Of a stretch of 64,000 bases of DNA, positions 49,491 to 63,669 are shown piece by piece (positions within the stretch are counted from its first letter, which is position 1; the number at the start of each line of letters is the position of its first letter). The position numbers and the translations under genes are program-made. The DNA is taken from NCBI RefSeq assembly GCF_006345805.1, contig NC_043012.1:46004001-46068000 (forward strand), in the 5' to 3' direction. The notes under the pieces were generated by a model. It made no database searches, was not told the origin of the DNA, and saw only the letters and a list, made by a program, of their open reading frames with translations. Source of the stretch: Octopus sinensis (lineage: Eukaryota).

Positions 49491-52400
49491 TATACATATA
49501 TTAATATAATGATCATGAATATATACAAATGCAAATTTAAAAAGTAAACATACGATTATCAATCTCTCTCTTCCCTCCATCTGACTCTGTCGATCTGTTT
49601 GACCATTTGCCTGTCTGTTTGATTGTCTGTCTATGTTTCTATCTATATGACATGAGACATATATGGAGCACGTGAATGATTATTGAGCGGAAATGTTTAT
49701 AAATTGTCAATTGCTAAAATGTTCTATGGTCATATTTGTTTTAAGAAATTTATCGTGTAAGTAATTCTAGTATATACTTGAAATGTAACGCATAATAATA
49801 ACGTGTAAGTTAAGTAGAGAAAGGAAACAACGATATCTAGAAGATTTTTCTGAATCAGCATATGTAGATAAAAAACACCCCAGTTAAGTCAAAATATGGA
49901 AAGATACATTACGTTGCGAGTATCAGAATAGTGCTTATTTGACATGTTTATTATATATATTTTAAAAATTTATTGTATGAGAATATGTGAGTTCGAGTGA
50001 CAGATCGCAATTGTTAGAGATTCCTGGCAATCGACCTTATTGTTTTAATAGTCAACAAAAGAAAACCCGATTAAAGTCTGCAGAACACGATAACATGACC
50101 CCATTCAAATGTTATAGATCAGTTCGAGTGACAGATCGTAAATTGACACTGTTACAGATCAGTTTAAGAGAGAATTCTGCTGAAAGAGACAGGAACAAAA
50201 TCATTAGTAACGATTCTTACATCTTGCTATATTAACGGTTACACAATACTATAGTGTAACCGTTCGAGATACGTTTAAAGGTTTATATCTTTTCAACTAC
50301 CATTTATTTCGGTGAAGTTCTCAAAAATGGAAGACCAGTACTGGAATATAGGAAAACAAGAGTATCGTAAAGGTCACTGTAAGAAAACTTCATGAAATAT
50401 TGGTGGAAGCAAAATGAAACATAAATTGCTGAACGTAGTTTTTTTGCGTTCTGTATATGACACTCGAAATAAGCACGATTGGGTGACAGCGGTTAATTCC
50501 TGCTCGGTGCAGTGAATTGCTAAGATGTCCTTACCACAAACCTAAAGGTATTCGAATAAATGCTTTTGTGTGGAAGATTTTAGAAATATTATGATACGCA
50601 AGATGAATGTGGCGGAATCAACAATAGTTGAATCCGAATAAATGGAGCTAGTCTATGAGATTTGAGAAATAATGAAATGTAAATATAGAGTTTTATGTAG
50701 ATTGCTGAACTTCCTTAAAGGAAGAACAATTTAGCAATATGTGTGCTCTGAATATCAGTTGCACTGTTCGATAAGTTACATTTCTGAGAGTCTCTCTACA
50801 TTTTCGAGTGTACCCAGGGAGAAGCTGCCTAGCTTATTTTGCAGTCTGTATATTTCCACAAAGAAACCCCATGTTCTGTTTCTCCTTTTACTTCACATGC
50901 TCCGATTTTATGTTATTTACGTTAATCATTCCGCTGGCTGGCAAAAGCAAAGAACAAACAAGTCACACTTCTCTTTCTTGCCAGTTCGTTCGTATTATCA
51001 ACGCGCTGCAATTATGACTTGTCATGCAGAAAATAAGCTTTTCTGTTCTTTTATCTCTTTTCTATTAATTTATTTTGGCCTCAATAACTGACGTTACCCG
51101 CAAGAAAAAAATATATATGCGTAGAGAGAGGCAGGGAGAGGAGATGGTGTGTGCAAGAAGGAAAGAAAATGTGTAATATACCTATTGGGAATTACCGTCT
51201 GAGAAACGTCTGTAGAATATCATTATGAAATGTTATGCAAAACTAGAAAAGCAACTTTTGAATGGGGTCATGTTATCATGTTCTACTGTCTTTCTTCGGG
51301 TTTTCTTTTGTTGACTATTATAACAATAAGGTCGATCGCCATAACCTAACGGTAAATTCTCACAATTCTACTGCAAAACAATCTCGAGCAGTTATGCTAA
51401 TCTACGTAGCGACAGAATATCAATGGAAAATTCAAATACTGTGTATCTAATGGTTGTATTATTAATCAAATTCAAGTGCAGAAAAGAAATAAGAATGAAC
51501 ATAATGAATACTGAGATAATGGAAAAGAACAAAAAGGAATGTGATATCAACTAATGAAAAAAAGGGGGAAACTAGGTGCATAGACAAGAGAAGGCAGCAC
51601 TATGATGTGTTGAGAACAGTAGTGGTGATGATGATGATTTTCATGATGATGACGATGACGATGACGAAGACGACGATGATGATGAAGAAGTGGAGGAGGA
51701 TTGTAATGATAACAGCATTATCATAATGCAGAGAATGATTAGGAGAAGGGGGCGAGGAAAACAGAAATTATGGAGGATAATTATGAATGGCTTTTCTTCC
51801 TGCCTTTGCCATTCCATATAAATAATCTTGTATGAACACAGTTATTCGGATAGAGAAGGTTGCTTCAAATAATCCTCGATGCACATGGGACATTAGTGCT
51901 GTTTATTTTTATTTTCCGAATAATGTATTTTATATACATATTATATATTTTACTTTGTATAATATCTTCATATTATATTACTCGTTATTTATTAATGAAC
52001 AAAGAAAAAGAAAAAGGAATATGACATTTACATAATACATAAATAATAATTATTTTGTTTCTTTGTCAAATGTCATATGAAGTGTTCCCAAATATTGCAT
52101 GCAAAATGATGTGAGTCAGTATTGTGTCGGCTGATGACGACATGCAGTATGACTGCCATTAACACTTATATCTCTGGAGGCGCTGCATGCCCAACTCGAC
52201 ACAAGCAGCCATGATGTTTTCGTTCAAAGTATTAACCTATTATTTAAACGTGTCTAGTTTTGAAAACTACACATATTTAGTGTGTGCAGCCATTTAAATT
52301 TTAACTGTTATTTAGGACAGACAGGAACTTAGAAATCATAAACATAAAATATCTCAATGATTATTGAAATGATTCAAGAAATAATTCGAAAACTCGACTT

Positions 52401-53294
52401 TACTTACATGTTCACGTGGTAAATAGCATTCTTACAGATGCACACCTACATACAAGCACTTGCACGTACACTCACAAAGTCATGCACAAACAAACACATA
52501 CACACCCACACACACAAACCCCCACACATTTTTGTACCATTTTCAGTAGAACGTTTGCATCCATGCTGGAACACTGTGTATGTGGGAGTGTGCGCACACA
52601 TGTGTGTGAGAGTGTTTGTTAATAGCCGAATATTCCATATACACATTAATCCAAAGTCACATCATGTATAGTGAGAAAAATCATAAATATATTTAACCTT
52701 TACAAACACACACACGCACACACGCACGCACACACACACACACGCACACACACACTTACGAACACACACATATGAGTGTATATGTATGTATGTATGTGTG
52801 TATTAATATATACAAAAACTTATAATAAATTATAAAGCACACTTTAACTCTTATAAAAGCACCGAGTCTGCAGCTTTGTTAGAGCACCAGGCGCCGAAGC
52901 TATGCTGGTCTGTGAAAGATGATTTACACCGAGGAGCAGGAGAAATTACGAGACATCAAGTGGACCGAAAACGCAAGATAACTTCAATATCTATTTCTTC
53001 CATATTCACAATGTAAGGACTTGGATATAGTAGAAACGTTGAACACATTCAGTGATACCACTGAATATAATGCATAAGTATATGTACAATATACTAGCAG
53101 AGCAGCTTGACTAGGAACAAGTCACAAGTTGTCAAGACAATAAACTGGTTGGGCTACAACATTTTCTAATACTTGCATTTGTTGCACGTTTTTGCTGATA
53201 TTGTTTATATCTACAGTAATTCATAGTAATTCAATAAAGACCTGTGCAAGCCACATCTGTATCATATAATATGTACCTTCAATATTCTTTTCTA

Positions 53295-53426
53295 CTCTAG
53301 GTACAAGGCCAGAAAGTTTTGGGGAGCGGGGGCAGACTATTAGATCGACTACAGTACGCAATTGGTACTTAATTTATGGACCCCGAAAGGAAGAAAGGCA
53401 AAGTCGACCTCGGCGAAATTTGAATG
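53295..53426 (-). mobile_element. SINE family 2, 5'-truncated
   Basis: GGTACTTAATTTATGGACCCCGAAAGG..GTCGACCTCGGCGAAATTTGAA. Confidence 0.7.
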
Positions 53427-56041
53427 TTTTTAGTAAGCCAGAATTTAAGGCATATACTAGCGCATTTCAAGATATATGTATTATTGTGACACATGCATTA
53501 GATTGCCGAGAATGCTGTAATCATTTGTAGAAAATACCATTTAATGCTTTTAGGTCTTTAACTTCAACGGTAATAGTTCTTATATGGTAGTATTTGAAAG
53601 TAAGAACGATTGAATATGGAGTTAATATCTGAAGAGAAAAGTTTGAGTGGTTTTAGTATTAAGCTTGAAGTTATTCTAGTTTTGTTTTAATTCCACAATT
53701 GCCCAGAACCCCATTTAAATGTACACTTATGTGCCAATAAACAACTGTATATATGATTAAATAATGCATTTGATACTGTTAGGTCAGTGATAATGAGGTA
53801 TTGGAAAGGATTTTAAAAATAATTTGGTCGTTAAAACTTTTAGTCAAGCTGCAAATCATTAAAGTAATTCAGGCAAAACATATGCATGAACCTTCTACAC
53901 TGTAACACTAACCCAGATTTGCGGTGGAGCGAAGAAGTTATATTTAAATTCATTGACGTGTGGTTGGTAAAGCTTATTAATCTATTTCAATTAGAATATG
54001 TGAAGCTTTATTCTATCCTCCAAGACTAGTTATAATGATTTTCCTTGTTTAAATGACTAAGGAACACTCCTATTCTTTTCGTCAATAACATACATATTAC
54101 TATAACGGAGACGGTATTTAAACAAATTAAGAGTATTAAGGTAAGTGGTAATTGCAGCTTTTTATTAGGTGATATCTTTAAACCTCGAAGTTAATTTAGT
54201 TTTCTTACTATATTTTTCCAAAAGAAAAAATTAGTTGAGGCAGACGGCTTAGTTGTTACAGCAGATACTGACTAGGATATTTTTATTCCTAGCTACGGAT
54301 ATTTTGAATATTTGTAAGGAAAATTATATTTAAAAAATCTTGTACCGAATATAAAGAGGGTCTTGCTAGATGAGGTTACCTATTTGGTTTTTAAGTTTTG
54401 TTTTGTTAAAATCATGTGAATAGCGTTTATAAGCTGACGACTAATTTTCCTATTATATTTTTGGCCCTGGGCATTAAGTAGAAATCTGCTAGGGGTAAGC
54501 TGCATCGTGTTTTCCAGTCTGGTATAGGAGCGCAATAAATGAGATTGGTTTATCTTTGGGAAGAATTAAAGGTTAATTATACACATGCAGAAACAAAGTT
54601 CCGGTAGGAAAATGATAATGAAATGTTTTAACTGTTGCTTCGGGTGTCATAGCGAAATTTTGAGAAATCTTGAGTAACAACTAGTTTATAATTATAGTCT
54701 AAATTTTCTGAATGCTTGAGTTTGACTAGTATTGAATGTAATGTCATCGTTTAACATTCTGTAGGCAAGGTGTCGCGTATTACACGTATTGTTTTATATC
54801 ATTGTGTACAATGTTACTTCCGCTAGGGAGTAATTCTGGACATTCACCCTTCTGGCACTGAAAAGCGATTAAGTGAAGAAGTAAGTTATTATTTTCTTTA
54901 CTGTCTTCGCAATTTGTGAGCAGTTTGATGCTTTTATACACTGAATATTTTAATTGCAATTTGAATCCTTTTTTCAAGTATATAATATATCATGTTATAC
55001 GAAAATATTGCTTTAAATATATTTTCTATTATTAAAGTTAGTATTTAATGGTTCTAGGGCTACACAGATTTATTGCAATATTGCGATCGAATGATGCCTG
55101 ATAGTTGAAGTGATATCTTATTCCGTTGGATTACATTTCGTTCATTCTTATATGTTCGCAAGTATGTTAATTGGGTGTTATAGTAAGGTATCTATTAATT
55201 GTGTCTTTTGGTGGTAACATCCCTTTAAATAGATTTTCTACGATTAAGGATTATATTAATATATACAGAAGTCGTCAGGTTAATTTTGCATTTTCCTCTC
55301 TCACAACGGGGCATATATCTAAAATAGAAATGATAGTCACCTGGGAAAAACATTTTCAGAATTATCAATAGTTATAAAGTAAGCAAATGCATATTTGTGA
55401 TGGTAAACTCCGTAGAGAGCATACATTCTATGAATTTCTTTCTATAATTCTCTGACCATGCTTGCCAAAATGTGATCTTGACACAAATGACTTCATAATT
55501 AATAGATTTGGGGCACATTCAAAATATTAATTTCCATAATAAATTGATAACGGTTCTATAAAACATATCTTACCTGGTTTGGAATGATAATCACACTAAA
55601 TCAAGCGCTGTGAGGCCATATCTGCAGACAAATTCCACAAATACGAGACATATATGAAGGCAAGATTCACAGAATTGTGTTGCTTATTACCATCTAACAG
55701 TATAAAGGAGATTTCTGTCATCATCATGGCATTTAGAAATTAGTTACATGGAAAATAGTGAAAGCTACTCCAGTTTAATCCTTCTTAGTCACTGAAGGTA
55801 CTTCAATCATGAATTGTTTTCAAAGTTGTACAAAGCTCTACGCATGAGTCAGCATATATATGTATGTATGTATAACACGTGTATGTATAATGATATTTAT
55901 ATATATGTATATAATATATACATGTGCGCGCTCGCGTGCGTGTGTGTGTGCGTGTGTGTGTGATTTTCTGTGTGTGTGTAAATATCTCATTATAAAATGT
56001 TCGCTTCGTGTGTCCAACATCTAACCCCTAGGCCATGCCCC

Positions 56042-56084
<43 letters not shown>

Positions 56085-56444
56085 ACATTTATTCTCTCTG
56101 TTCTTGCTTGTACTGGTCATAATCATTGTTATCACCATCATTATTGTCATCATCACCATCATCACCGCGTCCGCAACCACCATGATCACCACCATCACAA
56201 TACCATCATCGTTGTCATCAAACTCATCATCTTGCTCAAGAGTACCCAATCATCAGCCCACTGACTTGTACTGAGCCGTAAAGAAAAAATAAAGTATGTA
56301 TTGTATGTATACATGTATGTATTGTATGTAAATATGTTAATATGTAGGTATGTATATGTGTATATATAAATCATACTATTTTATATAAAGATTGTTAACA
56401 TTAACAATTCTCAGAAACAGGCTATGTATGTATATAACTATGCA

Positions 56445-56464
56445 TGCATGTAAGTATGTATGTG

Positions 56465-56496
<32 letters not shown>

Positions 56497-56640
56497 TGTA
56501 TGTATGTATGTATGTATGTATGCATGTATGTTCGTATATATGTATGTATGTATATATGTATGTATGTATGTTCGTATATATGTATATATGTATGTATGTG
56601 TCTATGTATCTATGTATGTATTTATGTATGTATATATGCG
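56445..56640. repeat. (TATG)n microsatellite
   Basis: Direct reading. Confidence 0.9.
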
Positions 56641-56739
56641 TGCACGAATGTCTGTCAACACATCGTAGCGTGGCTACCGATAGTCGAGAATGATATACTT
56701 TGCAAATATATTTGTCGCAGATTATGAACCCAGTTTATC

Positions 56740-57900
56740 TTCACGTTCAGTAACTGTCTCCTTCTGTTGTAGGCCATGATCTATCAATCGTCCTATTAGC
56801 TGATGTCATTTTAGACATTTCCATATAATTCAGTCGGATGTTTTGATTTTTACTTCCACAACTCAACTGTGCGTAGAATATCTACCCTGTCGTTCGAATT
56901 TCCTCCATTGTTTGCACATGCTCAAGTTACCATATTTTTCATTTTTGTTACGTCTTTTCAATGATTTTAACCATCACTTTATCTCCCATGATGTTATTGA
57001 TCAGAGTATTTGAACAAGTGATATTTCTAATCTCTTCCAGCTGATTTATGAACAATGAAGCAATTTTGTTTTAGTTTTTATAAGTGGATCATCGCTTCTT
57101 TCAGTCCATATAATAGTTAGAATATAAGATTATCCAGTCCATATAATATTCAGAATACTAAGACAATTCATTTGTACCGAGAAATGCTTGGCGTTAATCA
57201 ATCGCTATCTCCACATTCCGAAAGATCAGCTGGTCATCCTCTTCCTGAGACAGAGTTCTTTATCGGGACTAACAAACTGTACTGTCCAGATAGACTATAT
57301 TACTTGTATCTACCAGGAAACGTCGGTTGTACCACTTGCTTCGAATCAGAGCTTACCTCATAAAAAAAATTTCCGGTTAATTTTCAAAGCAAATCATTTG
57401 AGTGCACCATATGAAAATACTGAGACCGCGTTATGCATGCTCTCTGTTTATTGCAATACAAGTACATAAACATCGATGCCGATATTACATCTTACAAACA
57501 CATGTCTGCTTTAGCTTTGAACTGCATTGCCATAAAAGCCTTACATCAGGTCTTGTCTGCATGTTCTGAATTTCAGTTGATCTATATCATTTTTCCTCCA
57601 GCCCCTCTCCTGAAGAGAATAACTTTTGTGCAAGCACGCAGATCTGCATTCCTCTGTAACTATAAAATGCTTAGGGCGGAAGTTCACTTGTGTTATATGA
57701 TCTTTCATATCGCTAAGCATAGATTCAATCACACGCGTTACTTTCAAATACAAGTAATGCTATAGGTCCGGCCATTTGTATGTGATGAATGTAATACCTT
57801 GTTTGTACCACATATTTCCCGTGGATATGCATGACGGTCAAAGTAACCAAAACCTTTTCCATGGCAGCTAACTTTCTACTACACCTGCATTGAGTTTCAT
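56740..57900 (-). mobile_element. Highly decayed LINE reverse-transcriptase remnant (RTE-like)
   Basis: Minus-strand fragments TQVNFRPK (Q.GFR-like) and DDQLIF (ADD-like) in the expected order; many stops. Confidence 0.35.
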
Positions 57901-58599
57901 GCAGAAGTGTTGTGATATTGTCATTCAGTAAGCTAAGTGAGGTTCATGAGAATATATCCAGGAACGAAATCGTACATGGATAGTTCTAACATTTATGGAT
58001 GTGAAAAATCTCCGCTCTACCTATCATTATTAATACTATTACTTACTCTACGGAAAATTTGCTGTCCTGAATAGGATGCTCGAATTTACGAAGCGAGGAA
58101 AGCCAGTAGAGCCGAGCAACTTATTGCTAACTGGGGTATCACAAGAGGACCATTGTGGTTAATCGATATCTGAAACCGAATTAAGAGGAAATACAGTAAC
58201 CCTCAAGATAATACATACCTTTAAATTCATCTAGTTTTACTATATATTTCTTAAACAGCTTTCCCTGTTATGATCTGAAATGGAGTGAGGGGTCTCTGAT
58301 ACATCGGTTTGAGATGTTTGCGCTTTGAGCAAGCACATTAACAAAAGCTAAGCACCAATTCCGTTTGCACAGAAAGAAGAGCATAATGTGTGTGTGTGTG
58401 TCTATTTGCTTTAGACATGCCTGTGTGTATATGTGTATAAGTGCACACACACACGCACACATACACACAAACATACACACTAGATATGAGGTGAAAAGGA
58501 AACTATGGTCACTCACAGCTACTACAAATAGCAGCTAAACTAACAGAATAACACACTCTACTAACAAAATAAAAGATGCATTATATTACATTCTTATAA

Positions 58600-59140
58600 T
58601 AGGTCCCTTTGATAAGGACTGATCTACGGTTAAAAAATGAAGGACACATCAAATAATGTAGTCTTGAATACACCATGTCTGTATAAAATACAAAGTAGTC
58701 ACTTTTGGAACAACCCTGATCATATGTCTGTTGGATCAGGATAGACCTACGAGTAAAGAACAACAACATCACGAGTACGTTCAAGGTTTTGAGATGCTGT
58801 TTCTGCAGGTGGTGTACCCTTATTCTGTCACTTAGGGTAAAGTCCGTTTCACCAATGTAGTCTGCACCACACCTACCGTATTTCTTAACATAATTTGAAT
58901 ACCCTGATACACAATTGTGGGATCAGGATAGACCTAGGAGTAAAGAACAACAACACCACGATACGTTCAGGGTTTTTGAGATGCTGTTTCTGCAGGTGGT
59001 GTACCCTTATTCTGTCACTTAGGGTAAAGTCCGTTTCACCAATGTAGTCTGCACCACACTTACCGTATTTCTCAACATAATTTGAATACCCTGATACACA
59101 ATTACGATGAATGTCCTGATTTAAATTCATAGATAGAGAT
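58600..59140 (-). mobile_element. Penelope-like GIY-YIG endonuclease remnant with 187-bp tandem duplication
   Basis: KCGADYIGETDFTLSDRIRVH (C..C...YIGET...L..R...H); 58733-58916 repeated at 58920-59103. Confidence 0.75.
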
Positions 59141-59502
59141 TTCCATGCTGATTATGTAGATTCCATAAGGACATTACACTGTTGGACATTTGTGTTTATA
59201 TAATTTTGGTGGATAATATGGCACTAGTAAGCAGATTGCTAAAGATCGACATGTTTTACTTTTAATTATATTGTATACTTTGAATACGTATTTCATTGGT
59301 AGGTCGTTCATCAAAAGAGAGACATTCTGATGGATAATATTTTATGCTTCCCTGTTTCTTGCACTTGGTATTGTTATATATGGTAAAGTACTAAAGGTGT
59401 CGGGTGGTGGTGGTGGTAGATTCTTTTTTTCATTATTCTTGGATGTCTGTCGTTCTATTCAGCAATTGTTTAAATTGACATCGTATTGTGCTTTGAGTGA
59501 AA

Positions 59503-59832
59503 GCGCATTGCTCAGTGGTTAGAGCGTCGAGTTTAGGATCCCGAGGTTGTGAGTTCGAATCCCGGACCGGACTGCGTGTTGTGTTCTTGGGGAAGATACT
59601 TTATTTCATGATGCTCCAGTTCACTCAGCTGTAGAAATAAGTTGCGATGTCACAGGTGCCAAGCTGCATCGGCCCCTTTGCCTTACCGTTGGATAAAAGT
59701 GATGGCGGGGAGAGGGGAGGCCCGTATGCATGGGCGACTGCCGGTCTTCCATAAACAACCTTGCCCGGACTTGAGCCTGAGAGGGTAACATTCTAGGTGC
59801 TATCCCATTGTCAGTCATGACCTAAGGGGATC
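59503..59832 (+). mobile_element. tRNA-derived SINE family 3 with intact A and B boxes
   Basis: TTGCTCAGTGG (59508-59518) and GAGTTCGAATCC (59551-59562), followed by a non-tRNA body. Confidence 0.8.
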
Positions 59833-60943
59833 TCAGCATCTATTGTGTTTTGAGTAATGTATATTTAAATTTCTCCTCGGAATTGTATATAATTGTGCAG
59901 GCTTTTATTTGCAGGTTAAAATGTATATTAATATCTGTATGCTTTCATTGCGAGAAGAAAATAGCCACGTTGTTATGAATCTGGTGGTTTAAAGTATATG
60001 TCAGTGTCAGTGGTAGTAACACCTTTTATACTTAAGATGTAAAAAATTTTAGTTATTTTTCACAACATTCCATTGTGAACTGGAAATTGTGGTTTATGTT
60101 ATTAATTAACCTGAAGCTCATAGCGTTGATCCAGACTATACGTCCAGAGGACGACATAAAACTCCACCTCCTAAAAGATATGCAGATAGTTAGGCATCTC
60201 TTTAGTTTTCAGTGTAAGATAGAAATCCATCGAAAACAAAACAAAATATCTCTTTCTCTCTAGATTTAATACCTTTCAGAAACAATTAATACAATTCAAG
60301 GGAAGTTTGAAAACTAATGTCAATTGTAACAGGTCCAGCACGTTTAACCATTATAGGAATATAATGGTTAAGCGTGCATAAATGCCTGTAAGAACGGGTG
60401 AGAATGCGGGGAGGGGTGAATGGAGAGGTATACGTACATACATGTGTGTATACGTGTGTGTATGCTTGTATGCGTGTTTGTGTGTGCACGCAGGCATATA
60501 TGTTCTTCTACGCACGTACTCATACGTTTATTCACAAATGCAAGAACACCCCTATACTTGCATTTTAAATATGTTCGTGCATTCACAGACATAGCGCTAT
60601 CGCTAATGCACACGTATTCGCGCATACATACATAAACGTACACACACACTCATGTAAACAACACACCCACATCCACACACTGATTCATCTGGTACACACA
60701 CACACACACATTGTCGACTTCCAAGAACTCACAAAGGCCCACCAGGCACCAAGACGCCACCACCTTCCTGTCTAGCCACGCATATCAAGAAATCCTCGTC
60801 TCTAATGCATCTGGTGTCTCTGGAAGGACGATCTGACTTCTAACAACACCTTGGCGAATAGCAGCCTATTTTACAGACGCCGTCTTGCTTCTCCTGTTAC
60901 CATCCTCAGTTTCCTACGTTTCCATAATCTGAGCATGCAACAC

Positions 60944-61325
60944 GCAGGAGTGGATGTGTGGTAAGTAGCTTGCTAACCAACCACATGGTTCCGGGGCATC
61001 TTGAGCAAGTGTCTTCTGCTATAGCCCCGGGCCGACCAATGCCTTGTGAGTGGATTTGGTAGACGGAAATTGAAAGAAGCCTGTCGTATATATGTATATA
61101 TATATGTATGTTTGTGTGTGTTAGTGTGTCTGTGTTTGTCCCCGTAGCATTGCTTGACAACCGATGCTGGTGTGTTTACGTCCCCGTCACTTAGCGGTTC
61201 GGCAAAAGAGACCGATAGAATGAGTACTGGGCTTACAAAGAATAAGTCCCGGGTTCGATTTGCTCGACTAAAAGTGGTGCTCCAGCATGGCCGCAGTCAA
61301 ATGACTGAAACAAGTAAAAGAGTAA
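60944..61325 (+). mobile_element. tRNA-derived SINE family 1 (CORE-like centre), near full length, B-box segment deleted
   Basis: GCAGGAGTGG.TGTGTGGTAAG head, CTTGAGCAAGTGTCTTCT, internal TA/TG tract, tail ending GACTGAAACAAGTAAAAGAGTAAA. Confidence 0.85.
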
Positions 61326-61351
61326 AGATATATATATAGTAAATCACCCCC

Positions 61352-61615
61352 CCCCCAATGCGAACAACACAAGAAGAAAAAACAACAAGACGAGAACTTG
61401 GTACATGCACAGTATTAGCAGACGGTCGTGGAAAGAAAAGGAAGGTGGCTTTATGTTTAGAGGAAAGCTATTCTTCAGAACCAGGAGACATGAGCAACCG
61501 AAGAAGAAAATTGCCCGAAACGTAAAATCATCTTTCTTTCCTTCCCTGAGCGTCTGCTAATACTTTGCATGTACCACGTGCTCGCGTTATTGATTTTTCT
61601 TGTGGTTGTTCTTCG
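61352..61615. repeat. Inverted pair of ~120-bp Penelope pLTR-like segments, each with a degenerate minimal hammerhead
   Basis: GGTACATGCACAGTATTAGCAGACG...TTCTTCAG (to 61478) is the reverse complement of CCGAAGAAG...GAAACGTA...CGTCTGCTAATACTTTGCATGTACC (from 61498); ~19-nt spacer. Confidence 0.75.
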
Positions 61616-61820
61616 TTTTTTTTTTATTTACTATTTATTCGTTATCAGTTTTTACTGTCTGGGTCTTCTATATGCTGGCTTCTCAGCTTCATCGCATTTC
61701 TTCTATTTATTCAATTTCTTAGTTCGTTATGATATGTGGTTTGTGCCTGAAGAATATGATTGAGTTCCCTCAGCATATGAAACTATTACAAGCGGTTTAA
61801 TACATGTATTGTAACCTTTA

Positions 61821-61869
<49 letters not shown>

Positions 61870-62039
61870 TATACATGAGACATCTACAGATACACACATA
61901 TACATGCATACATACACACAACACACACACACAGATATATATATATATATATATTATGTGTGTATGCATATATATGTATGAAACTATTTGTGTGAAAGAA
62001 TATATACTTTTATTTTATGCAGAGTGTGAGAAGACATTA

Positions 62040-62235
62040 AGAATATGCGGTGCGTTGATATGAAATATCTTGTATTTCGTTTGTCTTTACGTTCTGAGTT
62101 CAAATTCCGCCGAGGTGGACTTTGCCTTTCATCCTTTCGGGTTCGATGAATTAAGTACCAGTTGTGTACTGGAGTTGATCTAATCGTTTCGCCCCATCCC
62201 CCCAAATTCGGGCTTTGTACCTAGAGTAGAAAAGG
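62040..62235 (+). mobile_element. SINE family 2 copy
   Basis: GAGTTCAAATTCCGCCGAGGTGGACTTTGCCTTTCATCCTTTCGGG. Confidence 0.8.
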
Positions 62236-63669
62236 ATATAAAATATCTTATAATTTGTTGCTTTTTATGTTACAGATATTAGCTCCTAAACAGAGAAGTT
62301 TTAGAAAGTGAACTGCGGAGTTGATAAATGTATCCGACCGCTGCACATGGAAGAAAAACGCATTCTAATTATAACATTTTATATTGCTTAGCTGTAAACT
62401 GAAATTGATCTTGAATGATTCACCTCTGCAAACATCTCTCGAAATATGTTCTATTACGAAATACAAAATTTAGATTACTATTAATCATATGCTTTCCTGA
62501 GCAAGGAAAACTAAGTGCTATATACCTTTTTATTAAATAAACAAAGCATTTTGTTTTGATACTCAGAAACATATGAACAATATTGCTAACATAATTTAAC
62601 TTTACATTAACTTTAAAATTTTCCATTATCGCCGATAAATTACAACTTAATATCTTTTATTTATCTGGTCTTTTTTCTCACGTTCCATCTATTCTCATCC
62701 CATTAAGGTTTAAATTATGAAAACAATTGGAGAAACCCTTGAATGCAATCTATAAATTAATAGACAAAGAGAAAAAAGCCTCATTGAAATAGTGAATGGA
62801 AGAGAATAAATTAATATATTGTCAACTGTTGAATAAATAACTTCAGCAGAGTTATTTAAAAAAAAAAAGTAATTGAAAACATTTCAATTTAATGTTTCGT
62901 ATTTTAAGTCGTCTTTTACATAGAATTTTACATATATGAAATGTATTACTAGACCCGTGAAATCAAGCATTGTCTCCAGAAGCAATATCATATGAAATTT
63001 AAAATTAAACTGAATGAATGGTTAAACAAACCGATCAATTGAATTTCTATTTTAACAGATTCAATAAACTTAAGTTGACCATTCCGCTGCTGTGGATAGC
63101 GCTACCAAGCTGATTAACAGTTACTTAAAAACAATTTGGTTCTCTTAATTTTAAGCTAAAAGGCAAAATGCAGGCCAGTATCGTTTACTAATGAAAAAAT
63201 CTATTGAGATGGTATCGACCTCCAGTAGCAGAACACAATAAATATTCTTTACAGTTTGCTCAATTCACGTATTTATAAATTAGTTGATACAGTAAAATAT
63301 TTCAGTTATCAATCTGATAAAAATGTTTTCTATATGAGAGGCAATGTTTTAGTATCAAAATATGAGATAAAGGGAAATAATTGAGAATCACAATTTCTGT
63401 TCATATTTGTTGAAATCTGGATTACTTGTTCTTATTCCGCATCTGGAATTTCAAGTAATTCAGGTATGGTCTTCAGCATAGTAAATATTAAGCTACTAAT
63501 TGCCAAAAGCCACAATATTGGTGTATACACGTTCATTTGCATTCGCAATCATCCATCCAGTGGTGTTGACATTGTGTTTCTAAAATTTTAGCCAGATAAT
63601 ATCTAACGTTTAAGGAAGGCAATGTTTCGGTCATACAATTGTATTGATTCATTTAACAACAAGCCTTTT

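Noticed and set aside
49990-50138. 18-bp direct repeat AGTTCGAGTGACAGATCG, 131 bp apart, within an 82-aa ORF
   Set aside because: Only two copies, no element hallmarks between them, and no recognisable protein.
59503-59570. Possible tRNA gene
   Set aside because: No closing acceptor stem or poly-T terminator; it continues into a SINE body.
60710-60900. GC-rich stretch faintly like a GIY-YIG C-terminal half
   Set aside because: Needs several frameshifts to resemble the motif; not supportable by eye.
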